A program made the translations under genes and the position numbers. From an uncultured Bacteroidales bacterium (GTDB lineage Bacteria > Bacteroidota > Bacteroidia > Bacteroidales > WCHB1-69), in contig CAJODA010000006.1 in the NCBI GenBank assembly GCA_905233745.1, forward strand, positions 5 to 64,004: a DNA stretch of 64,000 nucleotides, in the 5' to 3' direction. This document shows, in pieces, positions 35,401-45,182 of the stretch; the first letter of the stretch is position 1; every line of letters starts with the position of its first letter. The notes under the pieces are model-generated. The model saw nothing but the letters and a program-made list of their open reading frames with translations. It was not told the origin of the DNA and searched no databases.

Positions 35401-35910
35401 CACAATATCAACATCCTCGGAAAGTTTTCCCGAAAGTTGAAGATCCAACGCGGAATTCAACACCAAATCCTGGCGATTCCCGACTGAGACGCCACGTGAA
35501 ATGAAACCGCTCGTGGTGAGTTCGTCACCTTTCAAAGAGGACACAGGCGACAGGAACGGAACAAGTTGAATATTGGGCATCGGTGATTCGACAAGGGAAA
35601 GGCTTTTATGGCTAAAAGGTTGTGAGAAATCCAGTTCAAAAGCCAGGTATTGATAATGAAGTGGGGTTCCCAGCAGGGTTGAATCTGACAAATAGAGCAC
35701 AGCCGTGATGCAATCCAGACGATACCGCGAAGTGTCAACGTCAAGGATGGCAAAAGTACCCGGTACAATTGAAAGCGTATCCAGCTTAATCCGCATTGAC
35801 TCTGGCACACAAACCCCCATGCGTTTTCGTTCACTGTTTTGAGCGAACACGCTGTAAACTAACAATATAAACAATACTGTCAGCCCTACAATACGGCGCA
35901 GATAATTCAT
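32464..35910 (-). CDS. Large (1149 aa) putative outer-membrane beta-barrel protein of unknown family, directly upstream of porP
   Basis: Trimmed to MNYLRRIVGLTVLFILLVYSVFAQ (signal peptide) at 35910. The sequence is rich in alternating aromatic/polar beta-strand patterns and ends ...LTLKAHF (terminal aromatic residue). The 5' extension to 36267 overlaps the transketolase gene and is rejected. Confidence 0.7.
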   Translation of the reverse strand: MNYLRRIVGLTVLFILLVYSVFAQNSERKRMGVCVPESMRIKLDTLSIVPGTFAILDVDTSRYRLDCITAVLYLSDSTLLGTPLHYQYLAFELDFSQPFSHKSLSLVESPMPNIQLVPFLSPVSSLKGDELTTSGFISRGVSVGNRQDLVLNSALDLQLSGKLSEDVDIVASISDKNVPIQPEGNTEYLSSINNIFITLNYKKILKVDAGDVLITPPKDLFLNVNRNILGMGLRLNTAWKNNTLSNAVGGGVTKGKYVRQAILPQNGVQGPYRLYGENNETNIVVVAGSERVYMDGVLLTRGQENDYTIDYNTAEITFTPATLITSEKRLVVEFECTDRHYSRYNLYTYNEMKIGEKRPLFLRVNFFQEQDMKNQSVQPELTDRHKLFLAALGDAEDRAFFPNSDSTAYSSDRIQYAKMDTVVDGVHYEIYQFCTNDSVQLYDVGFTYMGTQRGSYRLLSSTANGRVFGWVAPSNGVPQGEYEPVMLLTTPKLVQMATIAADYNVTTNTLLQTELALSNYDRNTFSRTDDQDNVGFAYFLAARHEQPLGKQDADTGQWRLNTSLQWQFVQKNFHAVERFREVEFARNYNLDSEYSESASEQMLQAVIGIAHPRYSRTHYSLNWLTRFGTLNAIRNELVSHNEWRGLLARTQTSWLHTSDTVQTSSFVASNNKLSYSFKKLEVGVSDLLEHNIFREAITDSMRLNSYAFNEAFAYIRNGDTSLYKYIVSYKNRLEYLPDEDRLQMNTRIHEVNASFSFDRIKNQHFSARATYRNQQMRDSLRWGKAENMFVGNAEYSGRFCKNAISLSTYYEIGNGMELKKNYTFIKVAAGQGTYVWRDYNRNGVEELDEFEVAAFQDEADYVKVWLTGTDYVNTYNTQLSQSVQLRPAAVWRNSGGFKRFLSRFSNITMLRTQTKQSAPLFNPFPIRMDDTLLVSHSMSLNNIFSFNNSTSKFAFDVVVQEARNKELLYYGSEYSTTSMQQVVLKSTPHRTVYLQATYQRQVNLNRSEMMASRCYELRQHTAGGNLQLQFSNAYFATLNYAFTYKRNMQGSEYARTHDLKGSFSYKMLKRGVLSATLQYVGIRGFTPAESALSYMMLNGLTFGENVLWGADFQLSITEYLQMALQYEGRKSAGNKAVHTGNLTLKAHF

Positions 35911-35957
35911 TGGGTAAAGAAAAAGATTTTTTATTAACTGACAATAATCAAATTTCG

Positions 35958-35965
35958 TATTTTTG
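35958..35965 (+). promoter_or_regulatory. -7 box TATTTTTG upstream of the transketolase subunit gene
   Basis: Exact TAnnTTTG match, 21 nt upstream of the ATG at 35986. Confidence 0.45.
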
Positions 35966-35985
35966 CACGGCAAATTTTTTACGAA

Positions 35986-36939
35986 ATGGAAAAAATATTC
36001 AGTGAAGAAATGAAAGACACCCGTTCCGGGTTCGGAGCGGGCTTGGTAGAAGCAGGCAAACTCAACCCCAACATTTTTGCACTCACCGCCGACGTGACGG
36101 GCAGTGTGAAAATGGGGGATTTCAAGGCTGCATTCCCTGACCGGTTCATTCAAGTCGGCATTGCAGAGGCCAACATGATCGGCATCTCGGCAGGTCTGGC
36201 GCTTAGCGGCAAAATTCCGTTTGCCAGTGCATTTGCCGGTTTCATCAGCGGACGTGTTTATGACCAAATCCGCATGACGGTGGCCTACTCAAACCTGAAC
36301 GTGAAAATTTGTGCTTCACACTCCGGCCTTACAGTGGGTGAAGACGGTGCCACTCATGAGATGATGGAGGATCTGGGACTCATGAGAATGTTGCCCAACA
36401 TGGTGGTGCTGAATCCTTGTGACTACAACCAGACCAAGATGGCCACCATCGCCGCAGCAGCGTATGAGGGGCCTGTTTATATCCGCTTCGGCCGTCCTGC
36501 GGTTCCCAATTTCACTCCTGCCGACCAACCTTTCGTTATCGGCAAAGCCATCACCATGAACGAAGGACACGATGTCACCATCTTCGCTACCGGCCACCTG
36601 GTTTATCCCGCCCTTCAAGCATCATACATACTGGAAGAGCAGGGATTTTCAGTGGAAGTCATTGACATCACCACAATCAAGCCTTTGGACGAAGCCGCTG
36701 TAATCGCCAGCCTGACGAAAAACAAATGTGCTGTCACCGCTGAAGAGCATCTTCGCAACGGCGGTTTGAGCGATGCCATTTGCCAGTTGGCTGCCCGCAA
36801 GATCCCCGTGCCGATTGAGATGGTTGCCGTAGATGACAAGTTCGGGGAGAGCGGAAAACCCGAAGAGCTGATGACCTTGTACGGATTGGACACTGAGCAC
36901 ATCGTGGACGCTTGCAAGCAAGCAATCGCCCGCAAATAG
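35986..36939 (+). CDS. Transketolase, C-terminal subunit (pyrimidine-binding plus C-terminal domains of a split transketolase)
   Basis: TRSGFGAGLVEAGKLNPNIFALTADVTGSVKM..F...FPDRFIQVGIAEANMIGISAGLAL.GKIPF...FA.F...R.YDQIR is the typical pattern. Confidence 0.88.
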   Translation: MEKIFSEEMKDTRSGFGAGLVEAGKLNPNIFALTADVTGSVKMGDFKAAFPDRFIQVGIAEANMIGISAGLALSGKIPFASAFAGFISGRVYDQIRMTVAYSNLNVKICASHSGLTVGEDGATHEMMEDLGLMRMLPNMVVLNPCDYNQTKMATIAAAAYEGPVYIRFGRPAVPNFTPADQPFVIGKAITMNEGHDVTIFATGHLVYPALQASYILEEQGFSVEVIDITTIKPLDEAAVIASLTKNKCAVTAEEHLRNGGLSDAICQLAARKIPVPIEMVAVDDKFGESGKPEELMTLYGLDTEHIVDACKQAIARK

Positions 36940-36948
36940 CATCTCCCC

Positions 36949-37506
36949 ATGCCAGAAGCCAGCGACGAATTTATCCTGTCTCTGTTCGAAAAGCCCAAAA
37001 CCAAAGAACAGGCTTTTGAATTGTTGGTAAAAAAATACCAGCGGGTGGTCTATTATAACGCCCGTCGAATCGTGTCGCTGCATGAGGACGCCAACGACGT
37101 AGCCCAAAATGTCTTCATCAAGATTTGGAAAAATCTGGATCGTTTTCGCGGCGACTCCAGCCTGAAAACCTGGATTACCAAAATCAGCATTAATGAATCG
37201 CTCACTTTCATCGAGAAAAAGAAAAAACTCCTGAACCTGACCGACGACAATTACGCCAACTTCCTGGTCGTGAGCCAGCCGGAGACCAACTTCATCTCCT
37301 CCAACGAAATCCAACAACTATTGCAAGAGGAAATCTTGAAGCTCCCGCCCAAACAGCGAGCCGTATTCACCATGCGCTATTATGATGAAACCCCATACGC
37401 AGAGATGTCCAAAATATTCGACACCTCCGAGAGTGCCCTGAAAGCCTCCTACCATTTCGCCGCAGAAAAAATCAAAAAAAATATTTCTGAACGTTTAACC
37501 TTTTAG
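36949..37506 (+). CDS. ECF-type sigma-70 family factor
   Basis: DANDVAQNVFIKIWKNLDRFRGDSSLKTWITKISINESL (region 2) and LPPKQRAVFTMRYYDETPYAEMSKIFDTSESALKASYHFAAEKIKK (region 4). Confidence 0.85.
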   Translation: MPEASDEFILSLFEKPKTKEQAFELLVKKYQRVVYYNARRIVSLHEDANDVAQNVFIKIWKNLDRFRGDSSLKTWITKISINESLTFIEKKKKLLNLTDDNYANFLVVSQPETNFISSNEIQQLLQEEILKLPPKQRAVFTMRYYDETPYAEMSKIFDTSESALKASYHFAAEKIKKNISERLTF

Positions 37507-37552
37507 ACTTCCCATAGTCCGTCTTTATGCTTTTGTTTTTCACGATTAAGTT

Positions 37553-37864
37553 ATGATTGAGTTAGAAACACTGAAAAAAGAGGAGAATTTCAAAGTCCCT
37601 GACGGTTACTTTGACCAGTTTCCAAAACAGGTCATGGACACCATCCACAAGGAAAAGAGCAGAAAACGCATTGTCTGGCTCTCATCCATAGCAGCTGCAA
37701 TGGCTCTGGTGATTTGCAGCATCTCCATTGTCAGGTACATTCAAAGCAATGAAACCTCTTCCACCCAGATCACCCAGACTGAACAACAAGACAACCAGAT
37801 CGAGGAGCAGATGATTGATTATTACGGTGATGAGCTGGCTCAGATGGATTATTACAATTACTAA
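37553..37864 (+). CDS. Small single-pass membrane protein, probable cognate anti-sigma factor
   Basis: It lies immediately downstream of the ECF sigma gene and has one TM helix (IVWLSSIAAAMALVICSISIV). Confidence 0.5.
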   Translation: MIELETLKKEENFKVPDGYFDQFPKQVMDTIHKEKSRKRIVWLSSIAAAMALVICSISIVRYIQSNETSSTQITQTEQQDNQIEEQMIDYYGDELAQMDYYNY

Positions 37865-37877
37865 AACATAAAAGGTT

Positions 37878-38399
37878 ATGAAACGTTTATTTTTCACAAT
37901 CTGCATAATTGCAGCAGGGTTGCTTTACACACAGGCACAAGTCAAAGCCGAACCCGAAAAGATATTGAAAGATCGCATGGAGAACATGCGATCCAATTTG
38001 AAACTCTCCGCAGCGGAGGGAAAACAATTCTGGCCGGCATACGAACAATTTCTTCGGGATGAGATCAAATGTCATGAGACCTACAAGAAAAACCTTGAAA
38101 AACAGGGAATCAGACTGAACGAACCCGGTAAAAACAAGGAGATTATCGAGAAACTGTCAGACAAACAACTCACCTACCTGCAAGACCAGAGATTTGAGCT
38201 GAGAAAGAATCTGCTCAACTTGGAGAACAACTTCTACAAGAAGATGAAAACAATGCTGACACCAAGACATATTCAGGATTTCTACAATATCGACAAAAAA
38301 TATAAACGTGCCATGATAGCCAAGAAAACGACAAAAGAGGAGCCTAAGGCCACTACAGCAGACCCCTCTCCCGTCAATCCTGGCAAAAAAAGGCGCTAG
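37878..38399 (+). CDS. Secreted Lys/Glu-rich helical protein (periplasmic, Spy/LTxxQ-like?), paralogous to 54302..54937
   Basis: It has a signal peptide and shares the layout L.....E...FW..Y.......K............GI.......KL.D.Q... with the 211-aa ORF at 54302. Confidence 0.6.
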   Translation: MKRLFFTICIIAAGLLYTQAQVKAEPEKILKDRMENMRSNLKLSAAEGKQFWPAYEQFLRDEIKCHETYKKNLEKQGIRLNEPGKNKEIIEKLSDKQLTYLQDQRFELRKNLLNLENNFYKKMKTMLTPRHIQDFYNIDKKYKRAMIAKKTTKEEPKATTADPSPVNPGKKRR

Positions 38400-38435
38400 A
38401 CAACCTTAACCTCTAGCTATCCACTTTTACAACCA

Positions 38436-40874
38436 ATGATGCCACCTATTCGAAAAATCACTTTAATTCTATTACTTCTAACAAGTTCATGGGCGCTTAC
38501 CGGACAAAACATCACGGTAAGCGGCCATGTTTATGAGAAGGGCAGTTTGGAAACCCTGCCGGGCAGTTTGATTTACGATCCCGTATCGCAATCAGCCGTA
38601 ACCACCAATTCGTACGGATTCTACACGCTGACAGTCCCATACCACGAGGGGCTGTTTCTTGTTTATCGGTGTTTTGGGTACTCGTACGACACGCTTTGGG
38701 TCTCGACGGCACAAAATATGGAATATGACGCACATCTGACTAAAGTGACCGTTCTGGAAACGGTGAACATCCAGGCCGAGAAAAGGAACACGGAGCAGGT
38801 GAAGATGAGTTCCATCACCCTGTCGCCAAAAGAGATTAAAAGCATTCCCATGCTTTTCGGAGAGAAGGATGTATTCAAAACGCTATTGCTGATGCCCGGT
38901 GTGCAGTCTGCCTCCGAAGGGACTTCCGGCATATACGTGCGTGGAGGCGGCCCCGACCAAAACCTCATCATCATTGACGAGGCCACCATCTACAATGCCA
39001 GCCATCTGCTCGGATTTTTCTCCATCTTCAACGGCGATGCCATCAAATCCGTGGAGCTCCTCAAGGGCGGATTCCCGGCGCGCTACGGAGGAAGACTCTC
39101 TTCTGTTATCGACATCAGCATGAAAGACGGCAACAAAGAGGATTACCATTGCGAAGGTGGCTTGGGCATCATTTCCTCTAATTTAATGGTAGAGGGACCC
39201 ATTACCAAGAACAAGTCCTCTTTCATGATTTCAGGACGAGCCACCTACCTTGACCTTTTCATGATGCCCATCATGAGCATCGTCACAAAAGGTTCCACCG
39301 CAGGCTATTATTTCTTCGACCTGAATGCAAAACTCAATTTCGATCTCGGCAAGAAAGACAAACTCTACCTTAGCTCCTACTTCGGTCGCGACAACTTCCA
39401 TTTTGCTGTAACCGAGAAAGGCGACAATGACGATTATGATAAATTCAAGGTTGGACTCTTCTGGCAAAACGCCACCGCCACAGCCCGATGGAACCACCTG
39501 TTTTCCAACAAGATTTTCTCGAACATGTCCTTCGTGTTCAGCGACTACACCATGGAGACTTATGCCGGATACAAGTTTTATTCCGGCCCGAATGATCCGA
39601 ACAACGAGTCCCTCAGCTCCAATTTCAACTCCGGCATTCGTGACTATACATTGAAATACGACATTGCCTTCCATCCCAACACCACACATCATATCCTCGC
39701 AGGTGCCTCAGTCACCTATCATGAGGCGAGACCGAATGCCATGTCCATGAAGATGGACACGCTCACCATGCGAAAAGCCAACAAGGAACCTGGTTTGGAG
39801 TACGCCATATATGTAGAGGACGAAATCAACATCCGCAACCGATTCCGAATCAATCCCGGTGTCCGGTTAGTGGCATTCTCTGTTCCACAAAAGACGTGGT
39901 TCTCTCCTGAACCGCGCTTGTCAATGAGCTACAACATCCTCCCCAACCTCGCACTAAAAGCCTCATACGCCATGATGAGCCAGGGGTTGATATTACTGAG
40001 CACCAGCACTATCGGACTCCCCACCGACCTGTGGGTTCCGGTCACCAAGGACATCAAGCCCCAACGTTCGCAACAAGTGGCCCTCGGCATCCATTATGAC
40101 CTGAAGAAACCCCAGCTTTCATTCTCTATTGAGGGTTATTACAAAAAGATGGACCACATTCTGGCATATCGCGAAGGTTCTTCCTACTTCATCAATATGA
40201 TGGAAGAACTGCTGGACAACCAGGAGGCCAGCATATTCAAAAACCAATGGTCCAGAAATGTCACCTCCGGACAAGGCTGGTCCTACGGAGTAGAATTTCT
40301 CATACGCAAAGAGGTCGGAAAGTTCACGGGCTGGATCGGATACACACTCTCATGGACCAAGCAGCAGTTTGACGAACTCAACTTCGGAGAGCCGTTCTTC
40401 GCCCGCTACGACCGTCGCCACGACGTCTCCATAGTATTGATGTACAGTCCCATTCCCCGTATTAACCTGTCCGTCTCCTGGGTATTCGCCACAGGCAACG
40501 CTGTCACACTGCCTACCTCTGTCTATCCGGCTGAGAACCTGAACGAAGTCCTCGGCATGTCGGTTCCGACGGACAGCTACACTTATTTCAACTACTTCGC
40601 CTATGTAGAGGACTACGGTACAAAAAACGACTTCCGCATGAAACCGTTCCACCATCTGGACATCGGTGTTCAATTTATCAAACCGCACAAGAAAAAGGGA
40701 CAAAGCATTTTCGAAATCAGTATTTATAATGTTTATAACCACCACAATCCCTTCTTCTATTACACCGAACAAGAATACGACTCTGTTGACGGGAACCTTA
40801 ATCCCCAATACAAAATCAAGCAAGTCAGCATATTCCCCATCATTCCCACATTCACGTATCATTTCAAGTTCTAG
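38436..40874 (+). CDS. TonB-dependent receptor with an N-terminal carboxypeptidase-regulatory-like domain
   Basis: ITVSGHVYEKGSLETLPGSLIY...NSYGFYTL (CarbopepD_reg), a plug region (SPKEIKSIPMLFGEKDVFKTLLLMPGV...GIYVRGGGPDQNLIIIDEATIYN) and a terminal ...TFTYHFKF. Confidence 0.88.
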   Translation: MMPPIRKITLILLLLTSSWALTGQNITVSGHVYEKGSLETLPGSLIYDPVSQSAVTTNSYGFYTLTVPYHEGLFLVYRCFGYSYDTLWVSTAQNMEYDAHLTKVTVLETVNIQAEKRNTEQVKMSSITLSPKEIKSIPMLFGEKDVFKTLLLMPGVQSASEGTSGIYVRGGGPDQNLIIIDEATIYNASHLLGFFSIFNGDAIKSVELLKGGFPARYGGRLSSVIDISMKDGNKEDYHCEGGLGIISSNLMVEGPITKNKSSFMISGRATYLDLFMMPIMSIVTKGSTAGYYFFDLNAKLNFDLGKKDKLYLSSYFGRDNFHFAVTEKGDNDDYDKFKVGLFWQNATATARWNHLFSNKIFSNMSFVFSDYTMETYAGYKFYSGPNDPNNESLSSNFNSGIRDYTLKYDIAFHPNTTHHILAGASVTYHEARPNAMSMKMDTLTMRKANKEPGLEYAIYVEDEINIRNRFRINPGVRLVAFSVPQKTWFSPEPRLSMSYNILPNLALKASYAMMSQGLILLSTSTIGLPTDLWVPVTKDIKPQRSQQVALGIHYDLKKPQLSFSIEGYYKKMDHILAYREGSSYFINMMEELLDNQEASIFKNQWSRNVTSGQGWSYGVEFLIRKEVGKFTGWIGYTLSWTKQQFDELNFGEPFFARYDRRHDVSIVLMYSPIPRINLSVSWVFATGNAVTLPTSVYPAENLNEVLGMSVPTDSYTYFNYFAYVEDYGTKNDFRMKPFHHLDIGVQFIKPHKKKGQSIFEISIYNVYNHHNPFFYYTEQEYDSVDGNLNPQYKIKQVSIFPIIPTFTYHFKF

Positions 40875-41020
40875 TTGTGATTAGTGAACAGAGACAAGTC
40901 ATGAAAAAGACACAATATACAATAGATTATTCATTGGTCTGCCCTGTTACGGGCGAGAGACCAACTGTCTTTGGCAAGGTTCAGCAGAAACCCAAAGACA
41001 ACAGAAAAGCGTTCCATAAC

Positions 41021-41935
41021 ATGAAAAAGATCAGTTTCATCAGCATATTTGTATTTCTGTCGGCCGTTGCCTTTTATGGCTGTGTGGATGATGTGAACAT
41101 TGAGAACCAGTTCAATGAAACCCGCAAGCTCGTATTATTCTGCAGGTTATGTCCGAGCATGGATTCCACATACATCTTATTGTCGAACTCGCAACTGATG
41201 TACAGTGGTCATAACGAAACGTCGCGCATAATTTCTGACGGAACAGTGGAGCTTTCCGCCGACGGCATCAATTGGGTGAGCGCCACATACGACACCATAC
41301 GTATGCGCTATCTCATCACGCGCAACGAGTTTCCTGTGGTGGAAGGCGGCACCTACTATATCCGTGCGTCATACCCGGGCTTTGAAGAGGTGTCAGCCTC
41401 TTGCACCGTGCCGATCACACATGATGCCAAATGTCGCATCGACACCGTGTCAACGGAGCATGACACCCATTGGGGCACCATATACAACTGGCCCCACAAG
41501 GATGTGTATGTCGAATGGCACGACGCACCCGGCGTGGAGAACAACTACGCAATGGCATATCGCAGTCTGACTTCCTACCAGGAAGACTTCTATGACGAGG
41601 GAGAGTTGGTGGTTACGTACAACTGGCGGTTCTACATCCAAACGCTCTATGATGACGAATCGGAATATGAATACATCTCTGACGAAGGTAGAGATGGTTC
41701 TTCGATGCGTTTCCTACTGGAAGCGGACCTTTACGAGAACGATGATGAGTATTTCAGCACCCTTGTCTCGCAATACTACCTTGTATTTCTGGACCGGAAC
41801 AGTTATCTGTACGAGAAAACGGTGACAACTGGTGGCGGATTCGATTTCCTGCTGTTGGAACCGACCCATACATATAGCAACATCGAAAACGGATTCGGAG
41901 TTTTCGGTGCATTCTGTCTGGTCCCAGTAATGTAA
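41021..41935 (+). CDS. DUF4249-like lipoprotein, the usual partner of this receptor class
   Basis: Trimmed to MKKISFISIFVFLSAVAFYGC (lipobox) at 41021. The gene order after a CarbopepD_reg TonB receptor and the C-terminus NIENGFGVFGAF are typical of the family. Confidence 0.65.
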   Translation: MKKISFISIFVFLSAVAFYGCVDDVNIENQFNETRKLVLFCRLCPSMDSTYILLSNSQLMYSGHNETSRIISDGTVELSADGINWVSATYDTIRMRYLITRNEFPVVEGGTYYIRASYPGFEEVSASCTVPITHDAKCRIDTVSTEHDTHWGTIYNWPHKDVYVEWHDAPGVENNYAMAYRSLTSYQEDFYDEGELVVTYNWRFYIQTLYDDESEYEYISDEGRDGSSMRFLLEADLYENDDEYFSTLVSQYYLVFLDRNSYLYEKTVTTGGGFDFLLLEPTHTYSNIENGFGVFGAFCLVPVM

Positions 41936-41991
41936 GCTCTGATATTCAAACAAAATAATTTAAGAGCAAACGAATGGTAATGAAAAAAGTG

Positions 41992-41999
41992 TATTTTTG
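41992..41999 (+). promoter_or_regulatory. -7 box TATTTTTG upstream of rpsL
   Basis: Exact TAnnTTTG match, 61 nt upstream of the ATG at 42060. Confidence 0.45.
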
Positions 42000-42059
42000 C
42001 AGCCCCCAAAAATTAGGGGCTTTAACATTATAAATTAAAAGTTTAACAAATCAAATTGT

Positions 42060-42443
42060 ATGCCTACAATTCAACAATTAGTAAGAAAAGGAAGAAAGAA
42101 ACTGACTTCACAGAGCAAGTCAAGGGCATTGGATGCCTGTCCGCAAAGACGCGGCGTTTGTTTGAGGGTTTACACCACGACCCCGAAGAAACCGAATTCA
42201 GCCATGCGTAAGGTGGCGAGAGTTAGAATGACCAACGGAAAAGAGGTGAACGCCTACATTCCGGGCGAAGGCCACAACCTTCAGGAGCACAGCATCGTGC
42301 TGGTTCGCGGAGGCCGTGTGAAAGACCTTCCCGGTGTGCGTTATCACATCGTCCGTGGCGCTTTGGACTCTGCCGGTGTGGACGGCCGTCTGCAAGGACG
42401 TTCCAAATACGGTGCCAAGAGACCGAAAAAGGCTGCGAAGTAA
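42060..42443 (+). CDS. rpsL: 30S ribosomal protein S12
   Basis: [12 protein letters not shown]...[17 protein letters not shown]...[31 protein letters not shown]. Confidence 0.97.
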   Translation: MPTIQQLVRKGRKKLTSQSKSRALDACPQRRGVCLRVYTTTPKKPNSAMRKVARVRMTNGKEVNAYIPGEGHNLQEHSIVLVRGGRVKDLPGVRYHIVRGALDSAGVDGRLQGRSKYGAKRPKKAAK

Positions 42444-42527
42444 ATAAAATTCATCCTTAAAAAAAGTAAATTGAACGCCGCGATTGGCGATTCAAGAGTA
42501 AATAACATTTATTGAAGATACAAGAAA

Positions 42528-42995
42528 ATGAGAAATTCACACGCAAAAAAAAGGATCATTCTTCCTGATCCGAAGTTCAATGACGAAAAAGTAACGAAAT
42601 TCGTCAATAACATCATGTTGAAAGGCAAGAAAAACCTTGCTTTCGAAATTTTCTACAAAGCCATCGACATCGTATCCGAGAAGACCGGCGAGAACGGTCT
42701 GGAGGTTTGGAAAAAGGCTTTGGAGAACGTAACGCCCAGCGTTGAGGTCAAGAGCAAACGCGTCGGTGGTACGACCCTTCCGGTTCCAGAGGAAATCAAG
42801 CCGGGCAGAAAGCAATCCGTAGGTATGAAAAACCTGATCTCTTTCGCACGCAAGCGTCACGAGCAAACCATGGCTGACAAGCTGGCCCAGGAAATCATGG
42901 CCGCTTACAAGTCTGAGGGTGCCGCCTTCAAGAAGAAAGAGGAAATCCACAGAATGGCCGAAGCCAACAAGGCATTCGCCCACATGCGCATGTAA
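42528..42995 (+). CDS. rpsG: 30S ribosomal protein S7
   Basis: [37 protein letters not shown]...[15 protein letters not shown]. Confidence 0.97.
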   Translation: MRNSHAKKRIILPDPKFNDEKVTKFVNNIMLKGKKNLAFEIFYKAIDIVSEKTGENGLEVWKKALENVTPSVEVKSKRVGGTTLPVPEEIKPGRKQSVGMKNLISFARKRHEQTMADKLAQEIMAAYKSEGAAFKKKEEIHRMAEANKAFAHMRM

Positions 42996-43037
42996 TAAAC
43001 TTTTTATATTCATAATATTTTCGGAGACAGAGAGACA

Positions 43038-45131
43038 ATGGCTGAAGACTTGCTGCACATACGGAATATCGGCATCATGGCCCATATTGACGCCGGCAAG
43101 ACGACAACCACCGAAAGAATCCTCTACTACACCGGAAAGAATTACAAGATCGGCGAGGTGGACGAGGGAACTGCAACCATGGACTGGATGGTGCAGGAGC
43201 AGGAGCGAGGCATTACAATCACCAGCGCCGCAACCACAGTAATGTGGAAACACCAGTCGGACGACTACAAGATCAACATCATCGACACACCGGGACATGT
43301 TGATTTCACCGTAGAAGTCGAACGTTCTTTGAGAATACTGGATGGAGCCGTAGCGATATTCTGCGCCGTTGGCGGCGTGGAAGCGCAATCGGAGACCGTC
43401 TGGCGCCAGGCCAACAAGTACAACGTCGCACGTATATGCTACGTCAACAAGATGGACCGCTCGGGAGCCAACTTTTATGCCGTCGTGGACCAGATTCGCG
43501 AGAAGCTGAAAGCCAAGCCCCTCCCCCTCCAGCTTCCCATCGGGGCTGAGGACTCCTTCATCGGGGTGGTGGACCTGCTGGAGATGAAAGCCTATCAGTG
43601 GGACGAAGAAGACCAAGGTGCCAGCTATCGGGAAATCGAAATCCCCCAGGACATGACAGACGACGTGCAAACCTACCGCACGCAGCTGTTGGAGACCCTC
43701 GCCGAAATGGACGAGGCCCTGATGGAGAAGTATTTCGAAGATTCCGACAGCATCACCATGGATGAACTGGTTTCCGCAATCCGAAAAGCCACCCTGGAGC
43801 ACAAGATTGAACCCGTGCTATGCGGGTCATCGTTCAAGAACAAAGGAGTGCAACGGCTGCTGGACGCCATTGTGATGTATCTCCCCTCCCCTTCGGACAT
43901 GCCGGCCATCACCGGCACCAACCCGAAGACTGAAGCAGAGGAGACACGGAACGCTGACGAGAAAGCGCCCTTCGCCGCACTGGCCTTCAAAATCGCCACC
44001 GACCCGTTTGTCGGCAAGCTGACATTCATCAAAGTCTATTCCGGAACCCTGAAAACCGGAGAGACCGTTTACAATGTAAGCAGCGGCAAGCGCGAGCGAG
44101 TCTCCAAGATCCTGCAGATGCACTCCAACAAGCAACAGCCGATGGAGAGCGTGTCTGCCGGAAACATCGTGGCCCTCGTGGGCATGAAGGAGATTCACAC
44201 AGGCGACAGCTTGACCGATGAAAAACACCCGATCGTATTGGAGAACATCGTCTTTCCCGAGCCGGTGATTCAAATCGCCATAGAGCCTAAAACGAAAGAC
44301 GATGAGGAGAAGATGATGCTCGCACTGGCCAAGCTCGCCGACGAGGATCCCACTTTCGTGGTTTCCGAAAACGAAGAGTCCGGCCAAATCCTCATCAGCG
44401 GCATGGGTGAGCTTCATTTGGACATCCTGCTGGATCGCCTCAAAAGGGAGTTCAGTGTGGACTGCAACCACGGCAAGCCCCGCGTGGCTTACAAGGAGGC
44501 GCTTTCCACCTCTCTTCGCTACCATTCGGCCTACAAGCGCCAGAACGGAGGAAGGGGCTCGTTCGCAGTCATGGACTTCGAACTGCAGCCGCTGCCGTTT
44601 GACGCCAAGGGCCTGCAATTCAAGAGTGAGGTTAAGGGTGGAGCAATCCCCAAAGAGTATCTCGCCGGTGCGGAGAAAGGTTTCAAGATGGCCATGATGA
44701 ACGGCAAGTACGGCTTCCCCGTGGAAGCCATGTCGGTCGTTGTGACAGATGGAGAAACCCACCCGGCCGACTCCGACGCGATGGCTTTCGAGATCTGCGC
44801 CAAAATCGGTTTCCGCGATGCACTGCAACAGACGGATACCGTTATCCTGGAGCCTATCATGAAAGTGGAAATCACTACGCCCGATGAGTATATCGGCAAC
44901 GTGACAGGAGACCTGAACCGCAGACGCTCCGTACTGGAACGGATTGATGCCAAGGTCGGTTTTCAAGTCATCATCGCCCAGGTACCGCTGGCCGAAATGT
45001 TCGGCTACGTGACAACGCTACGATCCATCAGCCAAGGACGTGCCACCTTCAGCATGGAATTCCAGAAGTACGCCGAGGTTCCGCCCGAAGTCAAAGATTA
45101 TATTATGAATGTAGGAAGATTTATCTTATAG
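43038..45131 (+). CDS. fusA: Translation elongation factor G
   Basis: [56 protein letters not shown] and NKMDR. The protein is 697 aa. Confidence 0.95.
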   Translation: MAEDLLHIRNIGIMAHIDAGKTTTTERILYYTGKNYKIGEVDEGTATMDWMVQEQERGITITSAATTVMWKHQSDDYKINIIDTPGHVDFTVEVERSLRILDGAVAIFCAVGGVEAQSETVWRQANKYNVARICYVNKMDRSGANFYAVVDQIREKLKAKPLPLQLPIGAEDSFIGVVDLLEMKAYQWDEEDQGASYREIEIPQDMTDDVQTYRTQLLETLAEMDEALMEKYFEDSDSITMDELVSAIRKATLEHKIEPVLCGSSFKNKGVQRLLDAIVMYLPSPSDMPAITGTNPKTEAEETRNADEKAPFAALAFKIATDPFVGKLTFIKVYSGTLKTGETVYNVSSGKRERVSKILQMHSNKQQPMESVSAGNIVALVGMKEIHTGDSLTDEKHPIVLENIVFPEPVIQIAIEPKTKDDEEKMMLALAKLADEDPTFVVSENEESGQILISGMGELHLDILLDRLKREFSVDCNHGKPRVAYKEALSTSLRYHSAYKRQNGGRGSFAVMDFELQPLPFDAKGLQFKSEVKGGAIPKEYLAGAEKGFKMAMMNGKYGFPVEAMSVVVTDGETHPADSDAMAFEICAKIGFRDALQQTDTVILEPIMKVEITTPDEYIGNVTGDLNRRRSVLERIDAKVGFQVIIAQVPLAEMFGYVTTLRSISQGRATFSMEFQKYAEVPPEVKDYIMNVGRFIL

Positions 45132-45182
45132 CGAAACAGTTATATAACATATTACGTAATATTTAATTAAAAAACAAAGAAA

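Noticed and set aside
35911-36267. 119-aa N-terminal extension of the large outer-membrane protein ORF
   Set aside because: The extension overlaps the transketolase gene and its promoter on the other strand. A canonical signal peptide begins at the internal ATG at 35910.
42537-44966. Two long minus-strand ORFs (421 aa and 379 aa) opposite rpsG and fusA
   Set aside because: They are antisense shadows of highly conserved translation genes, with no start context or motifs.
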